A stretch of 64,000 nucleotides of DNA, taken from the NCBI GenBank assembly GCA_964252035.1, contig OZ176200.1; one strand, given 5' to 3'. Numbering within the stretch: position 1 is the stretch's first letter; each line of letters starts with the position of its first letter. The DNA comes from Podarcis erhardii. Its lineage: Eukaryota. This document shows, piece by piece, positions 38,501 through 50,739 of this stretch. The position numbers were made by a program, and so were the translations under genes. The notes beneath the pieces were generated by a model. The model saw only the letters and a program-made list of their open reading frames with translations, was not told the origin of the DNA and searched no databases.

Positions 38501-40248
38501 GAAAAATATTTTACGTCAAGATGCCATGTATTGAACCTGGAACATCTGCATGAGGGGGGAAAGGTGTTTGGTCAAGCTATCTTCTTGTTCATTTATTGCA
38601 GTTTGGGGGATTTTTTTAACATTCTTTGTGCTTTTAGTGCAGAAATCCCAGATTCCTGCATGTGAAGCCTACTTGCATACTCAGCAGAATTAAATTTAGG
38701 AGAACCCTCACACATAATTTTGCCCTTGGGGCTGCATGGGGTGTGTGTCTTTTCTTCACTCAGCTGGTTGGCAACTTGTGAGTACTATGATCAGCCAATA
38801 TATAGGCAGGACAGAAAATCCCCTTCCTCATATTATGGATCATTACAATCATGATTACCAGCAGACTGATAACCCTTGCTTGTGTGTATGGCCCTTTTGG
38901 AACTCTCACTTGGAAGCGCAGTATCTAAAACAGCAGGTGCTTATGTTTTAATAGCGTGCGCTATTGCAGCCCAAACAACCTGGCTGAGCAGGGAATGGTG
39001 TAAGGAGCTGCAACCTAATGCATGATGTAAACAACTCCTATTACAATATGCATTCGTGCTGAACAGAAAACAACACCATCAAAGGACTGTAGAAGCTATT
39101 GCTAATTAATGGAACATGAATGGCTGATTAGATGACTTGAAATATTCACCCACAACCTTGGCTAAAAGATCTGACAGCAGAACCCAGAATATTCTGCACA
39201 AAGCAGGCAGGAGATATTCCGCCCCCCCCCCTCAATCATCAGTGTCTTGGCAGGTTATCAGTGAAATGATCGATGGGTTACTGCCATCAACAGCATTTAC
39301 ATCTCATCCATATGTACTTGAATGCCCGAATCACCCTCATGCAGGTTCCACCTCCTTGTCATTAGATCTTGCTTTCTTTGAAATATGTTGTGGTTAAAAC
39401 ACAGATGAAATATGCTGTGGCTAAAACACAGCTTTTGAACAGGGAGGTTTGAAGAAACAAAAATAAAATACTAGAGATGGCTTTGGAAACCTCTGTATCA
39501 TCATAGACCATTGATTGTTAACCCTCTACGCCCCTTCCCACTATGTCAGAGGTGTTAGGGGTGCCCTGTCTGACCACCACTTTGGTTCATTTACAATGGA
39601 AGGAATGGCAGAGCTCCGGGAACTTCTGGATGACATTCCATCTCCCATTTTCTAACCTGTTGTGCCTTCCTGATTACTGTGTGAGACGACAACATTCTCG
39701 CTGTAAGTTGTAACAAACAACGCATTACAATTTTTGGCACATCAAGCACAGAAGACGAGCTTTCTCTTGCCTTGCGGGCAGGCGCTCACCTCACTAAACA
39801 CAGCAGATTCCATTGTTCAAAACAGTGTCAGGTCTAAGTGTCAGATCCACCTTGAAATCTCCCTGCCCCAACACCTGGTCATATCCATTCTGTAGACTTA
39901 AACAGACTTTACAGTCCCTCTTCCCTGAAAATTGTGCATCTGATGTGGGATGGGTGGTGGTGTGGGGGAAGAGATCTCTCATAAATCACAGCATGTTGAC
40001 TAAACTACCATTTCCAGAATTCTTGGTCATGAAAGGTATAAAACCAATGTGACTTTGCCATATAGATGGGGTCCTCTTCCTAATTGCCTTTTCACTCCTC
40101 TGTGTTTTTAAGAAAATCTCAATTACCTCGAAGTCCAATGTGTGTCTGTCTCTGTGGTTTCTACCATGTGGTTCCCCTCTGTTAAATAAGCCATTTCTTT
40201 CTCCTCTAAGGATCCACTTCTTCAGCAACTCCTTTGCTGAGCTTCACT

Positions 40249-40281
40249 TAGAATCATAGAATTGTAGAGTTGGAAGGGACC
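40249..40281 (-). mobile_element. CR1 extreme 3' stub
   Basis: Reverse complement reads ggtcccttccaactctacaattctatgattcta. Confidence 0.65.
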
Positions 40282-43200
40282 ACACTTAACTGCCCCTTTA
40301 CTGCCCTCTGAGTCTTCCTTAGCCCATTCTCTACTACCTATCTGTCAGCTCCTTATGTCTCCACCCCCACCTTATCTATCTAATGTACATGACAAAATTT
40401 GAGGTCAGGGATTCTTACCACTATGATGCTTCTGCATAGCACTGAATCAGATGCTTAAAGACCCCTTCCTATACAGGAATGACCTTACTGGGTTGGTGGG
40501 TGGAAGGGGATGAATGATTTCAGGACCAAGAAAATACCTCAAATTAATGAAACAATCAGAAACTTACAGTAGGATCCAGATTGTGTTTTCCTTTCTGTAA
40601 AGATCAATATTTATTTAATTAGCCAAAAGAATGGAAAGGGGCGGGAGAAAAGAGAAGCTGGGGAGGGGAAGAATCTAATTTGTGAGACATGATTTACCTT
40701 CTACAAGTTCATGCTGACTTGCACTTAACAAAAGTGCTTTCTTATTAACCCTCCTCCAACTTTCTGCCAATGCAATCTTCCAAAACTGTTTTTTTTTTTG
40801 CTTATATCAGGCAAAATAATTTTACAAGGAGCAAAGCATCTCTGAGTTGACTTTAAGTAAGAATGAGTATCTCCCTGCCCTTCACTATCTATATTGCAAC
40901 TACACCCACAAATCAGATGGGCTTCTTAGTGTGCAAAGACAATGGATGAACATAGACACATGTATTCAGGATTCATGAGAACTTCACAGAGACAAATTCC
41001 TGAGTCCTGGTTTATGAGGTGGAGAGTCACAAATAAGCAACTGAGCAAGTCCAGACATCACGTTAAGTCTAGCATGCAAGCCCATAGAACAGGGCTGGTC
41101 CAACACATTTTGCTGCTTGAGCAGGAGGACAAATTTGGTGGTCCCCATTTCTACACAACAAAGCTGACTTGACTGGCAGCTGAATCTTATTTCAACACTG
41201 ACAAGGCACCTGAGGGCAGCAGGCTCACTTGGAGAACACAAAGTGTAGTCTTCATGGCACACACAGCTAGGAAGCTGCCTTTAACAGAGTCAGACTATTG
41301 GTCCATGTAACAGTACTGTCGACACCAATGGACAGCCAACATGGTGCCCTCCAGATGTTACCACGTTCACCATTTTAATGAAAAAAAATAAGCAACAGGG
41401 GAGAGGGTAGGAAGGAGCTGTCTGGTTACATGGTTTGCACATGCTGTTGGAATACCATGCTCTTCTGCTACATGGGCATATGATCAAGCCCACAATGCTT
41501 GCCTTCAGTGCAAGTTGCCTAATGTAGGGGCCCTCCAGGTATTTTGGACTCCCAACAGAATGACCAATGTTCAGGGAATATAAGGAGTCTAGTGGTACCA
41601 TCCACCAACTGGAAGGCACCACATTACCTGCCCTAGGTCTGCACAGACTGCCAGTGGCTCCACAGGATATAATCAGGGATATTCAAAGCTCTACCTTGAA
41701 ATACTGCAGACTGAATCCAGGGCATTTCCTAGGAGACTATTTTTAGTACAGTTAGAGATCCTGTGTTAAAGAACTGTGACACACTAATTGTTCTGTATTC
41801 TTTAGCTTAGCCATAACATAAGCTTCACTTATGTTAGAGAAGTTTTAGAAATGGGGAGCATTCAGTCATAAAATCTCCCATCCACACTCTGAAGGGGTAC
41901 AGTCCTAGGGGGGTTGTACTATAGGATTCCTCTGAATTTGTTAGAGGAGACCTTTAAGTTTCCCTAACTAAGTATACCTCAAGGTTTAAATTTCTTAGCT
42001 TCATGCATTTCATTTTTTGTGAGGAGAAAATTGCTGTTCATTGATTCCAGATCTTTTGACACATGCTTTCTCATCCACCAAGATCCACATCACCAAAAAT
42101 GTGCATTGAACTGTTTCTGGAACACAATTTTGTCCTAATATTAGGAGATTTAAGCTTCCCTTGAAAATTAACCATTTTCCTCAGAAAACAAGCAAGAAAT
42201 TATGTGAGGAAGCAAAACGGACGATTCCTTACGTCTCAGAAAGAAATTGTCATTGATAGGGAAGGCCAACTTAGCCAGTGCAGCTCTGGAAATAATAAGG
42301 TCTTGTTATTTTTCCAGAGATCTGCTGGACATGTAGCATGTTAATCTAGACTTCAAAATAATTATTGATGCAACAGAGCTGGATTTAGGATTATCAAGGG
42401 TTAGTAACTGCCTGTGACACCACTGCCAATAAGGACAGGAGGAAACTCTCACTTGAGAGAAAGAGGCAGTTCTTCAAATGCAGAGTTGACCTCTTCCACA
42501 CAGGTGAAGAGTACATCTCTGTAGGCAAGGGAGCTCCATCAATGAACTGCCGCACACGGCCTGAGAGAAGTGGGTAGGCCTGGGTGATCTATCCCCATTT
42601 GTTTGTTGGCAGCCGGTAAATTTTTCATTTGGAATTTGGCAGCTGCAGGTCAGGTAAGCTGCTTCTGAAGAATTTAGCTAACAGGCTCCAAAAACAAACA
42701 GGTTGATAAGATGAAGGGTTGCTTCCGGTTGCCAAAACCTATATTTCAGCTCTGAAGGACATTTTTAAAAATTGTTTTGATGCAGTGGCACTAATTGAGA
42801 AATCCTTAAAAACGTTCTTGCTTTTTCTTTATCGCCAGGGCCATTTGGAAGCCTTACTTGCCAAGGAAGCTCCGAAACCAGTGAGTGGCCTAATTGCAAC
42901 CTGCTCCACTTTCTGTACCTGCTGCCTGTTTTTAAAACTATGAATAGCAATCTTTCTGCTCTTGCTCTCTGCAAGTTAATTAATTGCTTTTAAGAGGTAT
43001 TTCCCCCTGCCTACAAGTTACTTTGTTGATTACAGATGCTGGGTGCTTTATTATGTGTTAATTACTACTGGGATACTTGCTAGCTTGTCAGGTTCATTTC
43101 TTGATAACAGAAATGCCAGATTTCTATTGAAAAAGAGGTTGCCAAGGCAACCAATACACTCTGCAGATAACTCTCTTCTAAGTAAGCAAAGAATGTGGTC

Positions 43201-44012
43201 ACAAAAAGGTGGTGTTTTATGTGGACATCATCATAACAATCTATGGCCTTTTAAACTGGGGGTGTGGGGGTTATTGCTTTGTTTCTTGTTATGTGTTTTT
43301 GTGTTTTTATACAGTAAACCGTCATGTGATCATTGGATGACGGGCTGCATGGAAATTCAATAAATAAAAAACAAGAACTGTACAAATGTAGCTATTATTT
43401 GATCCCTTCTGAGAAGCAACATGGGAGAAAATTTGGATGGGCCATGGGAGAGGACAGGAAAACATTATTATGTATGTAAAAATACATGCAAACATAGCAG
43501 AGCACAGCCCAATGGTTCCAAATCTAAATCCTGAACCTTCAGTAGGATGCTGGGCTTACCTCCACAATTTAAATATTGATACACCATGGCCCTTCAGAAA
43601 CATGTCTTAGTAATGTTACCTAGCATATGTTTGCAATGAAAGTGATGGAGAAAACAAGCTCACTCAATGATGGAGAAACAAGCTAGTCAACCACAGCAAG
43701 AAAGCATTACTTAGTTTCAACCACTGCTCTTTGCATTGAGACTTGAACCCAGCTACACAATCAGAAGAACCACGTGGTAAAGTTCCTGCTGTGCAGAACA
43801 ATTTCAGTGCTTCCGCATAATTCCCTCCATGTCAAAGATATGGCAAAGTTACCTACGCCACCTGTTTCAGCTGATCATGTAGCTCAGCTCTTAAGTATGC
43901 TGGGAAAACTTGCTGAAGCAAACTGTACTAAACAAAGTTTATGAGCCACTGGGATGCGCTGCAAATGAATTCAGTGTATAACACAGACCTTTGGGCAGAT
44001 GAAGCCTCTTAC

Positions 44013-44218
44013 CTTGAATTCCATAGGTGTGTATTTCTCATTCTTGGGAGTTGTGTTGCCTTTGTAATGGAGATGATTGGGAGTGGTGGGATGGATAACA
44101 GTTGACTCCTGAGATTGCCTCTGGCAACGCTGGCAGTACACATAGATAACAAAGGTTAAGAGGCTAGAACCAAAGAAGCAGGAGACCCCTGTGGCAATTA
44201 GGTGGATGAGGCTGAAAC
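44013..44218 (-). CDS. SEMA5B: SEMA5B transmembrane and proximal cytoplasmic exon
   Basis: tttcttctctag|GT...TTC AAG|gtaaga, 206 nt, phase 1-0. FSLIHLIATGVSCFFGSSLLTFVIYVYCQRCQRQSQESTVIHPTTPNHLHYKGNTTPKNEKYTPMEFK. Confidence 0.95.
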
Positions 44219-47172
44219 CTAGAGAAGAAAGTGTGGTAAGAGATGCTGTGGTTAGAGACATAAACAAGAACAAAAACACTTTCAACAACAATAAACCACT
44301 CAAGAGGGTGATTTTCTGTTTCCTAGGCATAAGGAAAATGTGTTTCTGAAAGAAGCCAGTGTCTTGCATGGTAACACTCACTAACAGACGCTTCCTTCCC
44401 TTACTATCAAGTCTGCTCATCACAGTTCTGCTTCAGTGGCATCATACGCTGCTTTCTTAAAGCTATTCCTTTCTCCTCCAATTGATACTGAAACTAAACA
44501 TTAAGCTGACAGGCAGAGAAATGAGGTATACAAACAATACACAGCAACAGGTTCCAAAGAATGTGCATGTCATGGAAATTGGGAGCTGGGTAGTAAACTC
44601 AGAATTTCTCAAATCAGAAGAAAGGCCTTCTGACCTACCTAGAATGCACAAGGAATGAATAAGTGGAAGTGGCTGATAAGGTGTGGTAGGTCTAGGCTGG
44701 TTCCCTATTTGAGGAGGTTCTTGGCAAAGTGCTCTAGGGTGGGCCCCTCCTCTGTCAGGGGATTTACCCGGCAGTGGGTGACAGGGAGTAGTGGCAGGAT
44801 TCTGAGCAGATACATCTAACTGCCATTAAAATTTCCACAATGCCCCAGAGTGTCAGGGACACAAATATGATTGCTAGGTGCTCAGAGTGCTCAGATGAAA
44901 AATATGTATTTTTAAAGGGGGCCTAGAACAGGCTTCAGCAGTAGCCATTTCGGGGCTCTGGAAGCCCAAGGATGCTGAGCGCTCATGCTAGCACTGAATG
45001 TAAGCCTGCAAAATGCTACCACCACCGAGAAGGAGGAGAGCTCATTGCTTTTTCTATGAGACCTCTGCTCAGGGCAGCCAAGGCAGGGGACCTGCTTGGC
45101 ATTGCACAAGCCACCCCCTGGCTGCCTCCAATGTATGCTGGCTGCTAAGGATACAGGATTCCCCACCCTCCCACCCCAGCCTGGTTTTTTGGTCTCTGAT
45201 CAGCTTCCGCTTCTCCAGCCATCTCCGAGAAGGAATTGCCATGCTGCCTTCTCCACTGAAAGCCTGCATGTGCTCTTGCTGATACTTTCTCCACTAGCCA
45301 CAGAAAGGGAGGCTCCTGGGAGAAAAAACAGGATGCGGCAAGAACAAGGGATAACACTGAATATTGCCTGGCTTGGTTTCTTGGTGAGCAATGAAAGCAG
45401 AACCCCAGCTGCAAGCTGACACCACTGACGCAGGTACCCCGTAAAGATTTCAAAGAAGAAAGTTCCTAGTGCATAAAACATTCCCCAACACAAATAAGTA
45501 GACATATAGATTTCAAAACGCTTCCATTCCAGTGGGTTACCAAGGAGATGTTCTACTGAGAAAGAGGAATGCAAAGGAGTAAGCAACAACAAAAGCCAGT
45601 GACAAATTCTAAGAATCATGAAGTTGAAAAGTCACTTGAGGATAAGGTTTCCTAGGCCCTACTTTCAGCATCAATGTGACACTTTAACATGGCTTTTGCC
45701 AAGGTGAGTTGTAGTTGTTGAGGTGTTAAGAATTCTCTGGTGCTCTGGTACTGAGCAGCTGATTCCTCAAAACTATTCATCCTCAGTCCTGTCCCTTACA
45801 AGGTCTCTCTGCCTTTCAGCTGTGCCTCCATGGCACCTGGCTAAATATTTGAAAAAACATGAGCATTCTATGAATCTGCAGGCTGATGTTTCTGGTTTTG
45901 CCCATAACTCAGATACCCCCTTGTTTCACGCGTGAGAGGGCAGCAGGCTGAATTTCTAATGATTCTATCTTTGCCAGATATTCAGAGATGCTAAGGGATA
46001 AATAATATCCCCATGCATTATATAAACAAATAAGACTGCAATGGCAGAAGAGGGCAGTGAAAATATCAATACCAATGCATAATGATGAATATAAGGTTAA
46101 TAAGGAGACCCTGAGCTGAGGCACACACCTGGCAGGAGGAATGGGGACATAAGAAAACCAACCGTGCTGCTAATGGAACTGGAGTCTTAATTCCGTTGCT
46201 TCCCCTGTAGTCACATACACTAGATGGGAAGGTCTGCCGATGGAGCGTTTTGCCTTTTCTGTCATTGCTGTAATGCTTTTCGTACAGAGAGTGACTAATG
46301 CGCAGACCAAGAGCTGTCCAAGCGGTTCGTCAGGAAAGCTGCTTACTTGTGGGGGCTGTTGTGCAAAACCACTGAAGCACCATGGTGCTTTTGGATGACC
46401 CAAAATCTGCTCCTGACAATTATATCTACTATAAATTTGGTGATCAGTTTCATGACGGCTGCAACAAAAGCTTAAATCACCCATTGGCATGGTATGCACA
46501 GTATGTTTATGACTTAATAAGTCAAGATCTGCAACGAGCTGCGGTAGGAGTGCAGGGAGCTTGTTTCCCTCTGCTTCAGTTATCTCTGCACAATTAGCTG
46601 AAAAAGCCAGAATTCTGCTCTTAACTATAGTTCCCTACTACAACTGAACTTTCAAAGTACCAGAACAAGTGCCTTCTGTTAGCGAAGCTGCTATTTTTCT
46701 CCTATTCAGAAAGATGGTAGGTATCAAAAAGCACAATGCGAGAAGCAAGGAAGGTTGTTTTCTCTTCTGGCTCTTCAACAGACTCTGCTAGCTATCAAGC
46801 GACCTGCAGGAAATGCACAAAGAAAATGCAATTCCCTGAACTCTAAAGAAGTCAGATAAAATTAGTGGCATGGCAACTGCTTTTCCGGTAATCAAGGTTT
46901 TGCATTGGCTGTCTAATCCTGTTTCCAATGGCAAGATAGCCATCGATTTTGCATTGGGTTCATTCGTAGAGACAACTTAAGAATTCACTGCAGTCTTATT
47001 ATACGAGCTACCCTGGTACAAACTCAGATTATTACACTGTGAACTACTGAAGCAATCCCCATGCATTCATTTCTCCCCCTCTCCACCCTCGAAAACCCCT
47101 GGAGGTGGGAATTGAGATGTGGGAATGCTCTTACACAGAAAGGGAGGGAGATAGGTATGTGTTGTTGTGTAT

Positions 47173-47174
<2 letters not shown>

Positions 47175-47250
<76 letters not shown>
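47175..47250. repeat. Compound microsatellite (TG)16(AG)22
   Basis: Direct reading of the sequence. Confidence 0.95.
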
Positions 47251-47257
<7 letters not shown>

Positions 47258-47929
47258 ATGCTCGTTTATGCTTGTGCGGGAGAGAGACAGTAGCAACCAA
47301 GGCTACTTTCACTTCAAAAGGTGGTTGGGTGCAAATCTCATCTTCCTGGGGGTGGCAAACACCATTCATAGACCTTTGTACATGGTAAATGAGAGACAAA
47401 CACAGAAGCACCCACTACATTCAAAAGTGCTCAAGAAATTAAAACATTTATACAATTAACAAGGGATGTGTCAGATCCAGCCTGAGAAACTTTGCCAGTC
47501 TTACCAAAATTATTTTTGCTTCCCCTTAAAAGCTTTGGAAGTTTCTCCTGAACAGGAACCCGTATCAATGTTTTGCTTATAATGAAATTCAGTGACAACT
47601 CTACAATTAACTAAGCGCTCAGGAAAATGAGGAATCTCTCTTCATCTTTTCCAGTCCATTTAAAAAGGAGCTGCAGTGGAAAGGACTGTGATCTCCCTGG
47701 TAATTAATTATTCTGAGATGCTCCCTCCCCCAAATTAAATTCTTATACCAGAAAACTGAATCACAGATACTTTCTCCCCTCCCTTCCTCCCCTCAGACAA
47801 TCGGACTCCAGTGGAATTAAGGCTATCAACGGGATGTGAACTGCACAGATTAATGGTTGGGTTGATGCTTCCCAGAAAAGAGGAGTCATGTTAAGATAAA
47901 AATAAGATCTATAGTTAGCTGTACTCTAC

Positions 47930-47974
47930 CTCCACAGTTCGTGCTCTCGTCAATGCTTGAGGCTGGCAGGATTA
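47930..47974 (-). CDS. SEMA5B: SEMA5B 45-nt juxtamembrane linker exon
   Basis: ttttctctttgtttag|TA...GGA G|gtagag, phase 1-1. (V)ILPASSIDESTNCG, matching human VILPASSMEEATDCAG as recalled. Confidence 0.9.
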
Positions 47975-49109
47975 CTAAACAAAGAGAAAAACAGTGGGGA
48001 GAAAAATGTCATTTTTGTCATCTGCGACATTGTGCAGGCAATTAAAATCCCTTTGCTCAATGCAAGGCAAGTTAATCTCTGCAGCAAATGGAGGGCCTCC
48101 CAGAGCTTTGGCAAAAAACACAGAATGTAATATAGTGAAAAAAAGTTTTAAAAAGAACATACTCTCTATTGCATGAGAAAATTGTCTGGATTGCAAACTA
48201 TCCAAATACAACACAATAAGCATCCTTAGAACTGTTTAATTCTGGCAAGAACTGTGCAAATTACAGAAACATAAATAGAGATATAAAAAAAGACTCAAAT
48301 GAGGAATTTAAGTTGTGCTCATAAAATACCTGAATAAATGTGAATACCGTATGATCCAATTCAAAAATATTTTGACCAATGTATGACACAGACAGATGAC
48401 CTTGCTATCTAAGGATGTTTGTATAGCGTAGTTTATTCTGTGAATTTATTCTATAAATGATCAGTTACCTTGAATTACGTCCATCAGATATAGTGAGGAC
48501 CACTGGTTTAGATGGCCTTTTAAAGTGTTAGACAAATGTATAGGTATTTCAGGAACTGAACAGAACCTGCATGTTCATATATCTCTAGATACCAAATAAT
48601 GAGCAGAGGTGTCACACTCTTTCCTTTCTCATGGGCCTCCTAGGAACATCTGTCTGTCCTCTGCTGGAAGCAGCATGCTGGTTCTAATTTTATCCAATCC
48701 AGCACAACTTGCCTTGTGCATTTAATTTCTGTTTGTGGTGCAGAATACAAAACTCCCTGATTATATAAGATCTGTTAGTCACAGAATCCTTCCCATCCCT
48801 AGATGGAGGTTAGATATAATTCTAAACAGTCTATAACTACACCAAAGTTACTGCCATTTCATTTCCACACATGGGATCCTAAAAATCCTCCCAAATCTCT
48901 TTCCTTCTGCAGGATGCCTTCTCTTTGCATAACTGAACTAATGGAATACTAGTCGGCATTCAATATACTCACTGCCTTAAAAAACACAATCCTATCAATA
49001 TTAAAAGTGGCAATCAGTTCTTTTTAGTAAGGCATCCATCTCAGCAATTAGTGGAGCCCTCTAAACCGAGCCCTTTCCTTGCTCATTTAGCATGCAAAGT
49101 TGCACCCAC

Positions 49110-49259
49110 CTGGGATCTCATTGTACAAGCAGTCCTGGTATTGTGTGCTGTTCCCAGCACATTGGGAAGATCCTGGATTGTGGATTTCACAGTAACGACT
49201 ACGATACTGGATCCCATCTTCATTACACAAGCTCCATTCAGACCATTCAGACCAGCCTC
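49110..49259 (-). CDS. SEMA5B: SEMA5B coding exon, last TSP1 repeat (not in the ORF track)
   Basis: cattcttaag|GA...CCA G|gtgggt, 150 nt, phase 1-1. GWSEWSEWSLCNEDGIQYRSRYCEIHNPGSSQCAGNSTQYQDCLYNEIP. Confidence 0.93.
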
Positions 49260-49536
49260 CTTAAGAATGAGAGATAAGACTTAAGCATGTGGGATGATCA
49301 CAATGTCAAGTCAAGAAAAAAACATGAGGGATAAACAAAGGGTCACATAGTTTCTGAATATGGAAACCCAATTGAGCGTTTAGAAATAATGTCAAATACC
49401 CATGCTTTTCTGTTTTGAAAAGCATAAAGTAGACTGAAAAAATGACAAAACCAGTTGTCTAGTTCTGCGATTCAGAACTTGGAAAAATGCTCTGCAACAG
49501 TCTTCTCATCTGAGCTATTTTTTGGGAACAGACATA

Positions 49537-50367
49537 CAGGTGAAACTCGAAAAATTAGAATATCGTGGAAAAGTTCATTTATTTCAGTAATTCAACTTAA
49601 AAGGTGAAACTAATTTCCAAATGAGATGCAGAAGTTGCTCTCATCAGAAAAGAGAACTTGGGACCACTGAGCAACAGACCAGTTCTTTTTTTCTTTAGCC
49701 CAGGTAAGATGCTTCTGACGTTGTTTCTTGTTCAGGAGTGGCTTGACAAGAGCAATACGACATTTGAAGCCCATCTCCAGGATCCGTCTGTGTGTGGTGG
49801 CTCTTGATGCACTAACTCCAGCCTCAGTCCACTCCTTGTGAAAGTCCCCAACACGTTTGAATGGTCTTTTCCTGACAATCCTCTCCAGGCTGTGGTCGTC
49901 CCTGCTGCTTGTGCACCTTTTTCTTCCACACTTTCCCCTTCCGCATAACTTTCCATTAATGTGCTTCGATACAGCACTTTGGGAACATCCAACTTCTTCT
50001 GCAATTACCTTTTGAGGCTTTCCCTCCTTATGGAGGGTCTCAATGATGGCTTTCTGCAAAACTGTCAGGTCAGCAGCCTTCCCCATGATTGTGCTTCCTA
50101 CTGAACCAGACTGAGAGACCATTTAAAGGCTCAGGAACCCGTTGCAGGTGTTATGAATTGAATAGCTACTGCACCTTTTCTGAGATTGTTAATTTGGGGT
50201 TTTTATCAGCTGTACTCCATAATCATCACAATTATAACAAATAAAGGCTTGACATATCTCGCTTTGCATGTCATGAGTCTATCTCATATATTAGTTTCAC
50301 CTTTTAAGTTGAATTACTGAAATAAATGAACTTTTCCACGATATTCTAATTTTTCGAGTTTCACCTG
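49537..50367 (-). mobile_element. Internally deleted Tc1 transposon, 831 bp
   Basis: TA-flanked. 78-bp perfect inverted termini at 49537-49614 and 50290-50367. Tc1 transposase frame inside. Confidence 0.95.
49610..50086 (-). pseudogene. Truncated Tc1 transposase ORF, 158 aa
   Basis: MGKAADLT...VGCSQSAVSKH...GRKRCTS...KPLLN...WSQVLFSDESNFCISFGN then stop. Contains the paired-like HTH domains, GRxR-type linker and first catalytic D. The rest of the DD34E domain is deleted. Confidence 0.9.
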
Positions 50368-50401
<34 letters not shown>

Positions 50402-50418
50402 CTATCTATCTATCTATC
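50368..50418. repeat. (TATC)n microsatellite starting on the Tc1 TA target site
   Basis: Direct reading, about 12 units with one interruption. Confidence 0.9.
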
Positions 50419-50568
50419 ACTATTTATTAATCTATTTCAAAATTACATTTGAAGAACAGAAGAATTACATCAGTCCTGAAATCTCAAATGCATTATGAAA
50501 ACATATTTTTTAAAAGAACAAAAATACAAAAATGATGGCATTATACAGAATAACAGCAATAGGGCTAC

Positions 50569-50739
50569 CTTCACATAAATGTGTGTTGCACAGTGCTTCC
50601 TCGGTGTGCAGTCCAATGCAGATATCCTCCCCATTAGAGGGCGCTGGGTTGGTGCAGGTTCGGGTGCGCTGGTAGTGCCCTCCTCCACAAGTTGCTGAGC
50701 ACTGAGACCAAGGAGTCCAGCAGGACCACGAACCTTTCA
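50569..50739 (-). CDS. SEMA5B: SEMA5B coding exon, TSP1 repeat
   Basis: atccttag|TG...GAA G|gtagcc, 171 nt, phase 1-1. KGSWSCWTPWSQCSATCGGGHYQRTRTCTNPAPSNGEDICIGLHTEEALCNTHLCE. Confidence 0.95.

Noticed and set aside
43971-44423. ORF-track calls that extend SEMA5B/SLC49A4 exons (also 51835-52281, 54283-54606, 58108-58398, 9847-10065)
   Set aside because: Only the GT-AG-bounded parts match the proteins. The extensions are intronic read-through.
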